NCBI GenBank assembly: GCA_051362555.1
Contig: CM120646.1
Location: 7,564,001-7,628,000 of the forward strand
Direction of reading: 5' to 3'
DNA from: Lingula anatina
Lineage: Eukaryota > Animalia > Brachiopoda
DNA: 64,000 nt
Made by a program: the position numbers and the translations under genes. Under the pieces are notes generated by a model. It saw only the letters and a list, made by a program, of their open reading frames with translations, did no database searches and had not been told where the DNA came from. Positions 14,760-26,942 of this stretch are shown one piece after another (position 1 is the stretch's first letter; every line of letters starts with the position of its first letter).

Positions 14760-15130
14760 AACAATGTTTAACATAATCATCCTCTATTAGTAGATTTAAA
14801 ATGAAATGCCAAAAGTTATATTTTCTTTTGTCGACTTGGTCAAGGCCTTTGACTTCATCTGGCACATCGGTGTCTTTTAAAAATTAATCAAAACTGGCAT
14901 TGGGGACATATTCTTCAAGTCATCTAATCTGTGTAAGACTAAAATGAAACATTTGCACCCGCCAAGGACTGTATCGTTCCAATAAATATTCTGTTTTATG
15001 CAACGGGACAAACTGAGCCCTTCCCTCTTCAATATTTCTATAACTGTTAAAGGTTTCAGGTCTGATCAACCACTAATTGATGCACTGCCAATTGATTGTA
15101 TTATACATGCGTGTCACCTAGTAATACTTA
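14760..15130 (+). pseudogene. Degenerate LINE reverse-transcriptase fragment
   Basis: Reads FVDLVKAFDFIWHIGVF*KLIKTGIG (~14827-14905) and a frameshifted Q(G)DKLSPSLFNI (~15001-15040). These match the non-LTR RT motifs FxDxxKAFD and QGxxLSPxLF. Stops and frameshifts are present. Confidence 0.75.
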
Positions 15131-16379
15131 GCAATTTAACAAAAGCTTCACATTCTTGATATACTGTCTGACAATAGTGCTTGAGCTAAAATTGAAATGA
15201 AGCACCAATTCCCACAGGAGCAAAATTGAATTCTTAAGTTTCATAACTTACCACAGGGAGCTAGGAAGGCTTACTACAAACAAGAGCAATATTTCCCGAA
15301 GGGGAAAACATATTTAAAACAACGAACGAGTCTATACGTGACTTTTCGAGCACGTGATGGTGCTACTTGTGTGTAAATTAGGTAACATTTGTGTTTATCT
15401 TCCAATTAAATGGAAACTGTTCTTCACGTTAAAACATCAGATTTGAGGGGATGCATGTTATTAATTTGAATAAATGGTATTAAATCTGAATATCTTCACC
15501 GGTATTTTGTAAGGCAATAAACATAATAGATAATTACATAGTACCTATTGCGCCTTTCAACAAACTGAACTAAATGATTCTGGAACAGACAGAGTGGGTC
15601 TAAGGTATGGGGCAATTAAAAATGTACCGTTAACTCACCTGTTGAAAAACTCTACTTGCAGTTTTGTGTGTACTTCAAATTACAACTATATCTGTACTTG
15701 GCAAGCCCACCTAGGGCGTTTTTCTTTACCCGTTGAAATTAAGTTGTGTGAAAAATCATCATTATGACGTTTTAATGAAGCAGGTTGATCTTCATGAACA
15801 GGGTCGGTTCAAGGGCAATGAGACAAGTAAAACGGTCATTGTGGGTCACGATGGTTAGCTCCCATCTTGGCACAGCTGGCTTCTTACACCACAGGATAAA
15901 TTATAAACCACTAGTTTAATTTCATTCTTCAGAAAAATATCAAAATAAAGATAACCTCATAGCCGGTATTCCGCCAGATCTAGATCTTTCATACTTTCCC
16001 GCCAAACTGAGATTGCCATTTAACTTTACAAATGTGACTGCATCAAGGATTTGGATATTGAAGTGCATCTACCAGAAACACCTATTTTTATTGAGAATAC
16101 ACACTATCAGGCCTACCCAACTACCAGACTCGGCACTTAAGGATCCTGAATTAACCGGTATATCGGACCACACTACCCGTTTTCAAGGTGTGTGTCAGAT
16201 CGCATTTCGGAGTATCAGTCAGAACACCGACAGGATGAGCCCACGATCGGATGTCACCTTAATTGGATAGTAAACGATTGTCGTAAAATCGCTATATGAT
16301 TTTAAAATCGGGTGCATAAATTTGAAAACCACCTAGAACAACCTTAGACTGCCACATTAATCTAATACAATGCAACCCC

Positions 16380-16515
16380 TAGGGTATCTGGACCAACTCC
16401 GACCAGCTTTGTAGTAAGATTTGGACAATATCCAAAAACACTCAAAGTTATTGAAGGCATGCCGCGCCGTCTGGAGGAGATTATTGCAGTGCGCGGTTCA
16501 CACACGCTCTACTAG
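16380..16515 (+). pseudogene. Tc1-family transposase C-terminal relic
   Basis: 16447-16515 translates VIEGMPRRLEEIIAVRGSHTLY*, matching the Tc1 C-terminus (SMPRRxxxVIxAxGGxTxY*). Confidence 0.75.
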
Positions 16516-17649
16516 ACACGTGGCTTTTCGAGCACGTGATGGTGCTACTTGTGTGTAAATTGGGTAACATTTGTGTTTATCTTACAATTAAATGGAAACT
16601 GTTCTTCACGTTGAAACATCAGATTTGAGGGGATAGGGGCCTACATTTTATTAATTTGAATAAATGGTATTAAATCTGAATATCTTCACCGGTATTTTGT
16701 AAGGCAATAAATATAATAGATAATTACATAGTACCTATTGCGCCTTTCAACAAACTGAAATAAATGATTCTGGCACCGACAGAGTGGGTCTAAGTTAACA
16801 AAAGTCCTGTGGCATGGCTAAAACAGTCTATATACTACGCTGAGACAATAAAAATCCAGCAATATGTATCAAACTCAACTGCTTTTCAGTACGGCTTAAC
16901 CCAGATAAAATATGCCTGAATTATGGTCTTTGGCCCCGGCTAATACTGGGTTTTAGGCGTTATTACCTACCTGGGAGGTGGGGGGGAGGGGGGGAAACAG
17001 CCCAGTTCCCCCATGAAGAGCTGATAGCTAGGGCTGAAGCCAACATTCGAACAACAGCTTTCATTGCCAGTTCAAGTACTTTACCTTGCTTCAACCAGGG
17101 TAAAGCGAAAGGGCAGCAGGTGCAGTTTATAAAAGACTGGGGTTTCGCTGGTCAGGGTCAAATCTATGTCCACTTGCAGTTGCTCTGATATGATATAGAG
17201 TATCATATTTCTGTTTCCCATCAAAGAAACGAGACACAACTGCTTCTTAGAACTACAATGGTGAGTAATATTCGTCTTTTTTATACCAGGTAAAATTCAG
17301 TTTTTATAGGATCAGTGCATTAAAGGACAAATAGAAAGTCCACCAGTCTGCCAAATTTAATTAGAAATAACGAAATAGAAATGCACATATTTCGTTTATC
17401 ACTCGTGTCAAATTCATCGTTTTCAAGGGATATTTCTGACAGCAATGCCTTCTTCTGCATCTACATAGTCCAGAGACTGGATAATTAAATATAGTATTCG
17501 TATAACTAGTTTAAAAACCACGTACAGTCCCTCTTTAACGCCATTGGTTAGTTATAGTAATCAAGAGGTCAAATGGCATCACAAGTGGATCCATTTTATA
17601 TTGGTGGAATGCAGGATTACGTTGATAACCTGGTGAGAAACGGTACATC

Positions 17650-17770
17650 TTAGAATGCACAGCTTTGTAGTAAAATTTGGACAATAACCCAAAACCTTGT
17701 TACCCTTATTGAAGGCATGCCGCGCCGTCTGGAGATAATTGCAGTGCGCGGTACACACACGCTCCACTAG
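17650..17770 (+). pseudogene. Second Tc1 transposase C-terminal relic, within the local duplication
   Basis: LIEGMPRRLEIIAVRGTHTLH*, a paralog of 16447-16515. Confidence 0.7.
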
Positions 17771-20634
17771 ACACGTGGCTTTTCATGCACGTGACGGTGC
17801 TACTTGTGTGTAAATTAGGGAACATTTGTGGTTATCTTCCTCTGTATTGGACACTGTTTTTCACATAAGTGCATCAGATTTGAGGGGCTACATGTTATTA
17901 ATTTGAATGAATGGTTTAAATATGACCTTCACCGGTATTTTGTAAGGCAATAAATAAATTAACATAGTTTCATTGTACCTATTGCGCCATTCAACAAACT
18001 GAAATAAACGATTCTGGAACCGGAAGAGTGGGTCTAAGTTTACAAAAGTCCTGTGACATGGCTGAAACAGTCTTATATATACTACGCTGAAACAATAAAA
18101 AGTCCAGCAAATATGCTTTTCAGTGCGGCTTACACCAGATAAAAATATGCCTGAATTACGGTCTTTGGCCCTGGCTAACACTGGGTTGTAGGCGTTCTTA
18201 CCTACCTGGAGGGGGGGAGGGGGGGAGAGGGGGAGATACAGCCCAGCTGTCGCATGAAGAGCTGAAAGCTAGGGCTGAAAGCTAAAATTCGAACAATATC
18301 TTGCATTGCCAGACCAAGTGTTTTGCCCTGATTGCGTCAACCCCTAAACCTTAAGAGTAAAGCGAAAAGGCAGCAGGTGCAGTTTATGAAGACTGGCGTT
18401 TCGCTCGTCATTGTCGAATCTATGTCCACTTGCGGTTGCTCTGACCATAAAGCCATTCGATCGGCATACGCCACTTTCTTGCTAAATAATGCATCATTTT
18501 TTTTTGTTCCCATCAAAGAAACGAGGCACAACTGCTTCTTAGGACTACAGTGGTGAGTAAAATTCGTCTTTTTTTTACCAGTTAAATTCAGCAAGCTTAG
18601 GGAAAAATAGAATTGTTGGCCAATAAACAAAATACCTTTTGACGACATTTTTCTTATCTGTTTCCCGGCATGGACAACGACGATGGTGTTAATTTTGCCA
18701 ATAATGAAACGAGTCTGGCCATAGACATCCCAGCAATGCAGGACTCAATAATAGTATAGACAAAAATGATCTCTAAGATGGGTCCCCGGGCTCGTTAAAC
18801 AATAGCTCCCTTTTAACCGATACGAGTGAATACTTTTCAGCATATTCAGAGCTAAAAGATAACACGGGACAAGAGGTTAAATTGTACACTGTATGCGTAT
18901 GAATGATAGACAGGTTTAATTATCTACCACCTATATAACGAAATAGACAAGTGCATTTACGCTAACAGATAAAGCGCGTCATCATAGAATCAGAACTACC
19001 AGATTGTCAGTGGTTGAAATGGCTTGACCTTCAACAAAGGAAGACCTCGCGGGGCTGTGGGTGTGAATTTCAAGAAATACAAATGACTTTCTTTGGAAAT
19101 GAAAAAAAAAAAGGATGGGTCCTTTATGAGTAAGGGAGTTTAGATGAAATCTAGGTGATATCTTATTAAGAAATGTTAGGTGTCACGTTTGCATCTTGCT
19201 TTTTTTTTTTGCATTTCTTACTGATACTTTACCTATTTAAATGAAACGTTTTATTGTTAAAGAAAACGTTGCATATAATACTGACTTGCACTCGGTATCA
19301 TGCACGCTTACAACAGAGTGCACTGAATGAGTAACAGTTCACCTTGCAAATCTTAACAAAACAAAAAACAAAGAACATAGCAAATTTTATATGAGATTTG
19401 TCATGCAACGCACCTAGGGTGTGTCAAAAATGAAATGAATACGAAAATAAGTCGCGATAGACTTCACAAGTAAACACAGTCAGCTTTCAAGGAACTGAAT
19501 TGATAAAAAACAGACCTGGAGCAAATCGGTGCCTTACTCACAGATGTAAGAGGGGGATCAGAATAGAAAATGTATTCAAGTCTTGAAACGTGTCAGTGAA
19601 AATGTAGACGGGAGTGGGGTATAAAAGTGTCAAATAATGGACAAACTGTCATTAGATGTTCTATTTATGCTTAAATGAACTGTGCGCGCAGCATAAGGGA
19701 CAGCATATGTAAGTCGTTCAAGAATTCAAAAGAAAACACCACCAGAACTTTAACTGCAGCCGTGAATCCATCCAGATTAAAAAAGTCTACCTCATTCAAT
19801 CACTCTTGATCAGTAATGAATTGTTATATCTTCTATGGTATCCGTGATATTTGTTGTCTTCTACGTTTGCTCGTTTCCAAATGAAGCCTTACATCCAAAG
19901 GATGCTCCCAGATATCGACTTCGACTGAAATGCTCGAAACTTGCCCGGATATTATCTGTTGTAATTTAATAGTAAGTTTAGGAGAACTGTGTCCAAGATT
20001 GATTTTATAATTTATAGTGGTGTATGTGAAAATCTATGTCCACGGTTGTCTGACGATTAGAGCTTAAGGACTTATTCAGGTTCGAAATTAGACTACGACA
20101 TGACCCATACACGTATGAGTTTTCGTAGTAATCTCGTTATTGCACTTTGACGAACGTTTGCAATGCTTATAATAGTATTGTGCCAACTGGCCATTGCGGT
20201 ATCTATCTGTAAATAGATAAATCATTATCCCTTTTACGGAGTAGTTTACCGACGTATTCAGTTTCATAATCATTTCAGCAGCGTTATACGAGTAGGCGCA
20301 TGTGACTGAGAAACTCAAATTACCGCACAGTAATGGCTTACACAATTAATTGGCCTTCCCTTTTCGTGACTGGCAAGCGGATCATGGAAAGTCTGGGAGA
20401 TTCTTTCAGCACACTGCCTTCTTTGCTTAATTAGGAAACGTCACATCAAACGCACCCAATCATGCCGGGCGTCATTTTCCTAGGCGCTCCCTTTCGATGA
20501 CGCCATACGCTCTGAGCTAATCACAACGCAGCATCTGTGCGACGTCCTCCGCGAGATCTGTACTTAGTAAAGCGAGACTAAAGAACATTTACAGAACTTG
20601 TCGTGATTTCTTTCAGAACAGACTTTATACCAAG

Positions 20635-20846
20635 ATGCGCTCCATCAACACCAATCCCAGCAGCAGTAAGCTTACCCTAAGCTGTATCGCCATAGCTTTG
20701 ATAATCCTAACTCAGGTCCTTGCACCTTGCTTCGCGCACCAACTGACAAAACCGCCAACCAGGCCGAGCTCGTTTAAGAATAAAGCAGAACTTACAGAAT
20801 ACCTAAGGAGGTTAAACGCATACTACGACGTTGTTGGTCGACCAAG
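20635..20846 (+). CDS. NPF: NPF coding exon 1 (signal peptide and most of mature NPF)
   Basis: Matches ORF 20635..20850. Ends CGA CCA AG|gtaagt. Confidence 0.95.
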
Positions 20847-22713
20847 GTAAGTGAATACGAGTGTGCCACAATTTTATGTGTCAAATAACTGACTCAAAGG
20901 CACAAAATAACCTTAACATTTTCCAGAGATGTATTCCATGCATTATATTTATCAACTATTTATATTATATCCAAAACCGTTGAAAGAATTACAATCCATA
21001 AACGCGTGTTTGAGTTCTAAGTCTTTTTTGGTTTTGTTTTACATTAGAAATAGAGATTGAGACTGTTGCAGTTCATTTTTGACGTTGGAAATAAGAAGTT
21101 TAAAACTCGAAAGCGGGATTAACCGATTGAAATATTATTCAAGGTTTTGGATTGGATATACATAAGTGATAAGGGGGAAACTGTCGAAAAATCCAGGGAA
21201 AATTCATTTATTTACATAAAGGTCTATCGTGCATCGTATGCCTTAAAAGTAGGGTTCTCGTTAGTAATCGTCGTCAGTAATCAGTAAACACAGGTGCCAG
21301 TAGTTTGCGTTATTAATTTAGAAAACTACCCAAAAGCTAACGTTAACCATAAGGGCTATGGAAAGTTGAAGATTTCTTGATAGATGACAACACGATACAA
21401 GTTTTGTTCGGAAGCCCACAACATTTTAGTTTTGTGCTTGGCTCTTGAGATAACGACACGCAAGTTATATTATTATACACCAGTTATATTTTACAAGGGA
21501 ATAATCATACTGAAATTTTGGAGTGAACAATGTTACAGTCGGTAAGCAATACTTAACGTAACATACAGACTATTGACTATGTTTCCCCGAACTGAATAGG
21601 GCGACTTGAAGCAGATTACTACCATGGCCCATAGGAGCCTACGCGTGCGTCTTAACATACAAAGAAAACATGCACCGCGTCTATATCGTATGTTATCAAG
21701 CCCTATAGCAGCGGAACTGACACGGCCTATGCCACGTCCGTCCTTTACTACAGAGCTTCGAGACCCGAAAATGACATGACTGAGTGTGTTTCGCCACATG
21801 CTGAACTGCATAGATGCGAGAATCACACAACCCATGTCGCGTTCGTCTCTTTGAGCTTGAAATGGCTATATTATAAAGCTCGAAATTCACATGGTCATGT
21901 CATGGTCATTCACTAAGGCCCATAGATGCGAAATTGACCAGAACCACGCTGCATTTGTCTTATATTGTGCATCTTATAAAACACGTAATTGACATATAGT
22001 CATGCTTATTTCATAACTTCCTGGCTCCCTTAAATGCAAGATTGCATGACTTTTATAACATAGCCATTTGAAGCTCAAAGATTCACAGTAAGAGACGAAC
22101 GCGACATGGGTCGTGTCTATCTCGCATCTATGGAGTTCAGTAAGTGGCGAAACAGACTCGGTCATGTCATTTTTGGGGCTCAAAGCTCTGAAGTAAAAGA
22201 CGAATGCGGTATGGGCCTTGTCAATTCCGCTGTTATAGGACTTAATAACATACGAAATAGACACGGTGCATGTCGTTTTCGCATGTAAAAGGGAGTCTAA
22301 AAGACGCACGCGTAGGCTCCTATGGGCCATGGTAGATTACCCGACCAAACACGCTGCTGCTGTATACCTATAGGCGAACCGCAAGTGTTCTGGCAAACTA
22401 CAACAGATACAGGCCAAATGTGGCTTGGGTTAAATAAGCTGAAACACATTTCCCGTGTCGAATTCAACAATTACATTACTGATGTATGTAAAAACACTTG
22501 TCAAAACACGTGTAATTAAGTAGCGATACCTGTTCTTAAATTACGTTTTTCACTTTCCTTAATCGTTTTCTTTTTTTTTCTTTTTTTTCTCACTTTTTCC
22601 ACAATATGCCTCTAATCAGCAGAAATAAGACTCGAACCAAATACTGTAAAGACCTGCAGATTATTTGTAGCCAACGTGTTGTAAACTGCCTTTTGTTTAA
22701 TCCTGTCGTACGA

Positions 22714-22744
<31 letters not shown>

Positions 22745-24055
22745 CTTGCCATAGAGAGGTTCTAGATTTAACAAATAAGCCGCCGAAGTACATACATGTC
22801 TGCCTTTGATCGTCACCTTTGAAAATGCCTATGTTTGACAACAGATAGTGATAAATTTATTAATCGCCAACGAAAAACTTGAAGTCTCTTCAGTTTTTTT
22901 TTTTCATTTTCGAGTACTCTGGGGAGCATGTAATCTAACCTTAACAATGTAACCATCAGTTTAGCTTGAGATTTTGTCTAATTTTAGGCGCAGATGAAAG
23001 AAACAATGATATATAGACAGGAGACCAAAATGACCAAGTCTATGTCAATTTGCCTAGGATCTATTCCATATGGCATCAATGACGGTCATAGATTGTATTT
23101 AAAGAATCAATTGCAAGGAGTTGAATGGGTGCATCCAATTACCTCTATGACAAATGAAAAGTACATTTGTATAAATGGCCATTAATTCTAAACACTGATT
23201 CCATGTTCTGAGTAGAAGAATTATGTTGCAATACGCTCCATTTTTTATAGTCGGGGGTTTCCGGGTTAAGGCCGTCAAGCACAGGCTTATCGCCGCCTGT
23301 CCCCATTAAGATAATGCCTCATAAACTAGCTACCGCTTAATCTTATATTGTTTAATAACAATGTGATTGATGTAACTGATACCCCTGTCTGTATATGCCT
23401 TTAGCAGTGAATGGCGGATAACGAGATAGACGGCAATATGTGGACACGTCCTCGTTCTGTCTCGGAACTGCTCCAACTGATAAAGCGTGTTGTACGTGTC
23501 CCGCATTTTCGAAATTATGACTTGCTCTGGCTGAAGTAAGCATTCTTTGGCACGTATTCCGACTTCTGTAAAAGTTAAGGTTGGCTGCTTTATGTAAAAA
23601 ATGTCAAATCTGCCTCGTTTTAATGTGCGTTTATTTTTTTATAATTATCTAATTAATTTAATTAGTTATGCTTGGAAAAAGTGCGTTTTCAAAATACGCC
23701 TTTCCTATCCCGCAAGAAAATGCAGTAGTATCGAAGTAGCAAAGAAGCATTAACGCAGTAGTGGTGTGGAGCATATTTGCAGTAGCAATGCAGTATAGCC
23801 TACTGCAATTCTACTTCAAAAACTACATAGGGTTGTACATAGGAGGAGCATTAATGCAGTAGATTAGCAGCATGATAGAAGCATGTTTCAAATATGCTAA
23901 TTAGCTCCCACATCGAAGCAGATTTGAAGCATGTTTGCAGTATGATTGCAGTAGTCTACTGCGCTGGAGTATCTACTTCGTTTTCGTGCGGGATGTCTCA
24001 CCTACGTGGAACACCGTCGGCTTGCAAATCTGAAAATGTCATTGTCGACATTGTT

Positions 24056-24093
<38 letters not shown>

Positions 24094-26908
24094 GAGATAA
24101 CCAGGCTTCGAGGTTTTTTAAAAAAGGCAAAGATTTGGCAAAAATTTGCACGCTAAAGAACAAGAAACATTTGGGTAAAGGGGATCGTTGACCGTTGCAA
24201 AAATGCAAAATACGATACTGCTTTGTGAAAACACCAGGTAAGAAGAGGATGAAGAAACATCGATATAATTGTAAATGGTGTTCGTCTACGTTTATATATG
24301 ATGGATAGGTTTCTCAACGGCTTTGACTAAGCTATATCTATTTGCTAAATGGAACTTTTTTGTCGAGATTTTCATGATGTGTTTTGGGTGCTTTAAAGGT
24401 GTAACACGCATTGCATGCCGCGAAGAACATCAGTCAACGCACGCGAAAATGACTTGTGTAGAACGAAGGCCAAAGCGTTATATTAATTTATAATTGATGT
24501 GTACTTTAAGCGTTTATTAAGTCAGCAAGCACTGTGCTTGTGGGACTGGTTGGGACAAAGCCCCTGGTTGTGCTTAATCAATACTCTAAAACACGAAACG
24601 CGGTCATTACAAGTTGTTTTAAAGCGGAAAAGATGGAATGGAAGGAATCAATGCGTTTCGATTCCGGATCCCATTATCTGCCAATTATAAACATTGATTT
24701 ACTTCCTGTGTCCAACCACTGCCATGTTTCAAATTTTGGAGGTGCTGGGAGAGTCGCGAGGCGGTGCGGGAACATGTTTTCTTAAATGAATACAAGTTTC
24801 CGAATTCCAGCAAGTGCCCCCCCCCCAACCCCAGTTGCACACTGTTTAAATTCAAATTGGGTGAACAAGATGATTTAAAAAGGTAAACAATATGTAAATT
24901 TATCTGAAAAATAGTGATAACGCTTTCCTTTTATTAATACTTACAAAATATAGATTGAAAATAAAGATTAAAAGGGATTGTTTGTAGATCAAAACGTTAC
25001 AATTTTGCCCAGAGTGATGGTAACCACCGTTTACAGTGAAACGGAAGATTATGTCCACATTATGAAGACTATTAAGGCACAAAGTCAACGTAAACCTTTA
25101 TATGGCAAACTTTTAATATTCCCTGGAAATTCCAACAGTCTCACCTTATACATCAAGTTATAGCAAGAATTCATAAACCCATTTTGGAATTCAAAGTTTG
25201 TAGTCTTGAATCAATATGTTTATATATATATATCTCGTAGTAGAGATAAAGACTTGAAATTCACTCATAAGGGTAACGTTTAGGAGTTTAGAGCCCTTAA
25301 ATAGGTTTATAGATAATAATTTACTCAACGTTTCTCGATATAGCACACGCTGGAGATAAGAGAAAAATGTTGAAATTTACAGGAAAACTGATTTTTCCTA
25401 TTGCCTTTTGGACAGACCCTGTAATTCCCATACCAAGCAACTCTCCAACAAGACTCTTTATAACATTTTTAAGTGAAACAACATCACGTGAAAAAGGCAA
25501 CTTTTTACCCCCTTCAGAATTGATACAAAGAGACCTGCCGTACAGGAAAAACTGTCTAAAAACCGTCAGTGTCTGGTATATATTTCGTATCTCGAGTAAA
25601 ATTGAACTTTAGGACAGATGAACCGATGCAAATGCAAGCTAAATTAACCAATTTCTGAAACTAAACAACAAATTGCTATCCCTTTGTTAGGCAACTACAA
25701 ATTCTGTATTTGATTTACAGACCATTTCCAAGAACATGTACTTCCTTACCTCGCCGAATTCTCCAAGGGAATGTGTCTCTAAAAGAGGCGAATGCTTGCG
25801 TCCTTAGAACGAGTATCTTTTTTTAAATAAATGAACTGAATTGTTGTGAGTTGCACCATCATTTGCGACCTTAAAGCAGGTATATATTTTCCCCGTGTGC
25901 CCATAGTCTGAAGTACAGGAATATAATTAGTCGTGACCTGTCAGATTAACTCAACCATGGCGTGATTTATACAACATATAATCGGCTTCTCTTGGAACAA
26001 GAGGCGCCCAATACCTAATCAGTTTTGTGTTTTTCTCTATAATGAATCCGTGAACAAATAAAATAATTTGCACTGGTATGGGATATATGATAGTTTTATA
26101 TATGTTTTTTTTTTTTTAATGAAAGTATGGAAGTTGAACCGTGATACAAGCTGAAAAGTATACAAAGCAAATAACAAAACAGGCATAAGCATTTCTAATT
26201 TAGGTTTATTATCTAATCTTGCAACAAACAACAGTCTCCACAATTTCAATCTCATCCCGACCATTTTCAGACTACATTTTAAGTCTCATGTAGTTCTTGT
26301 TCACAAAATGGAGTTGGTGTTAGGAATCAAGGCAATGTTTTTTTTTTTCAAAATCAAAAAGGCACAGATATTGGTAACGTTAACTCTTCTCATTTCTTGC
26401 AGCTGCTCACAACCAATTACAGTAAACTTTACAGCTAACACGTACGCTTAGTTAAAGAGACAAATTGTAAATTTTCTGCAGCATATGTGATAGTTTACGC
26501 TACAAAGTGATTCCTTTAACGTTAGTGTTCCCAGATGTCCCGGCCATATGTGTTTTTGTTCGCCAAACCTTCCAAGTGGGGGGATTTAGGGTGGTGTCAG
26601 GGGGGTCCTGACCACCCCTTCGATTTCTGAAAAAAAAATCACACCAATGGTCACTTCTTGAAATGACTAGCTGAATCATAGTTCTAAACCGTACCAATTG
26701 GCACCGTTCGCCCTCTAAAACACCAAATATTTTCATTGGAGGTCGGCTTCGCATCCGCGGACCCCCCTTCAAATAATCCTTGATCCGCCCCTGCACCCGT
26801 ATTGTAGGTGATTAAATATACATGTACTCTATTAATCTATCGTCGTGCAGGTTTCGAAATAAAGCAATACACTGTCTGGAAAAAGGTTTAAAAACAAGGA
26901 CATGCTTG

Positions 26909-26942
<34 letters not shown>

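Larger units (their letters stand above)
15335..18590. repeat. Local direct duplications: ~16405-17300 vs ~17660-18590, plus a partial third copy at 15335-15605
   Basis: Shared blocks such as GCACGTGA(T/C)GGTGCTACTTGTGTGTAAATT (3 copies) and CCCATCAAAGAAACGAG..CTGCTTCTTAG..TGGTGAGTAA (2 copies). Confidence 0.9.

Noticed and set aside
21533-22330. Pairs of similar ORFs on opposite strands
   Set aside because: They are a by-product of the foldback element's inverted arms.
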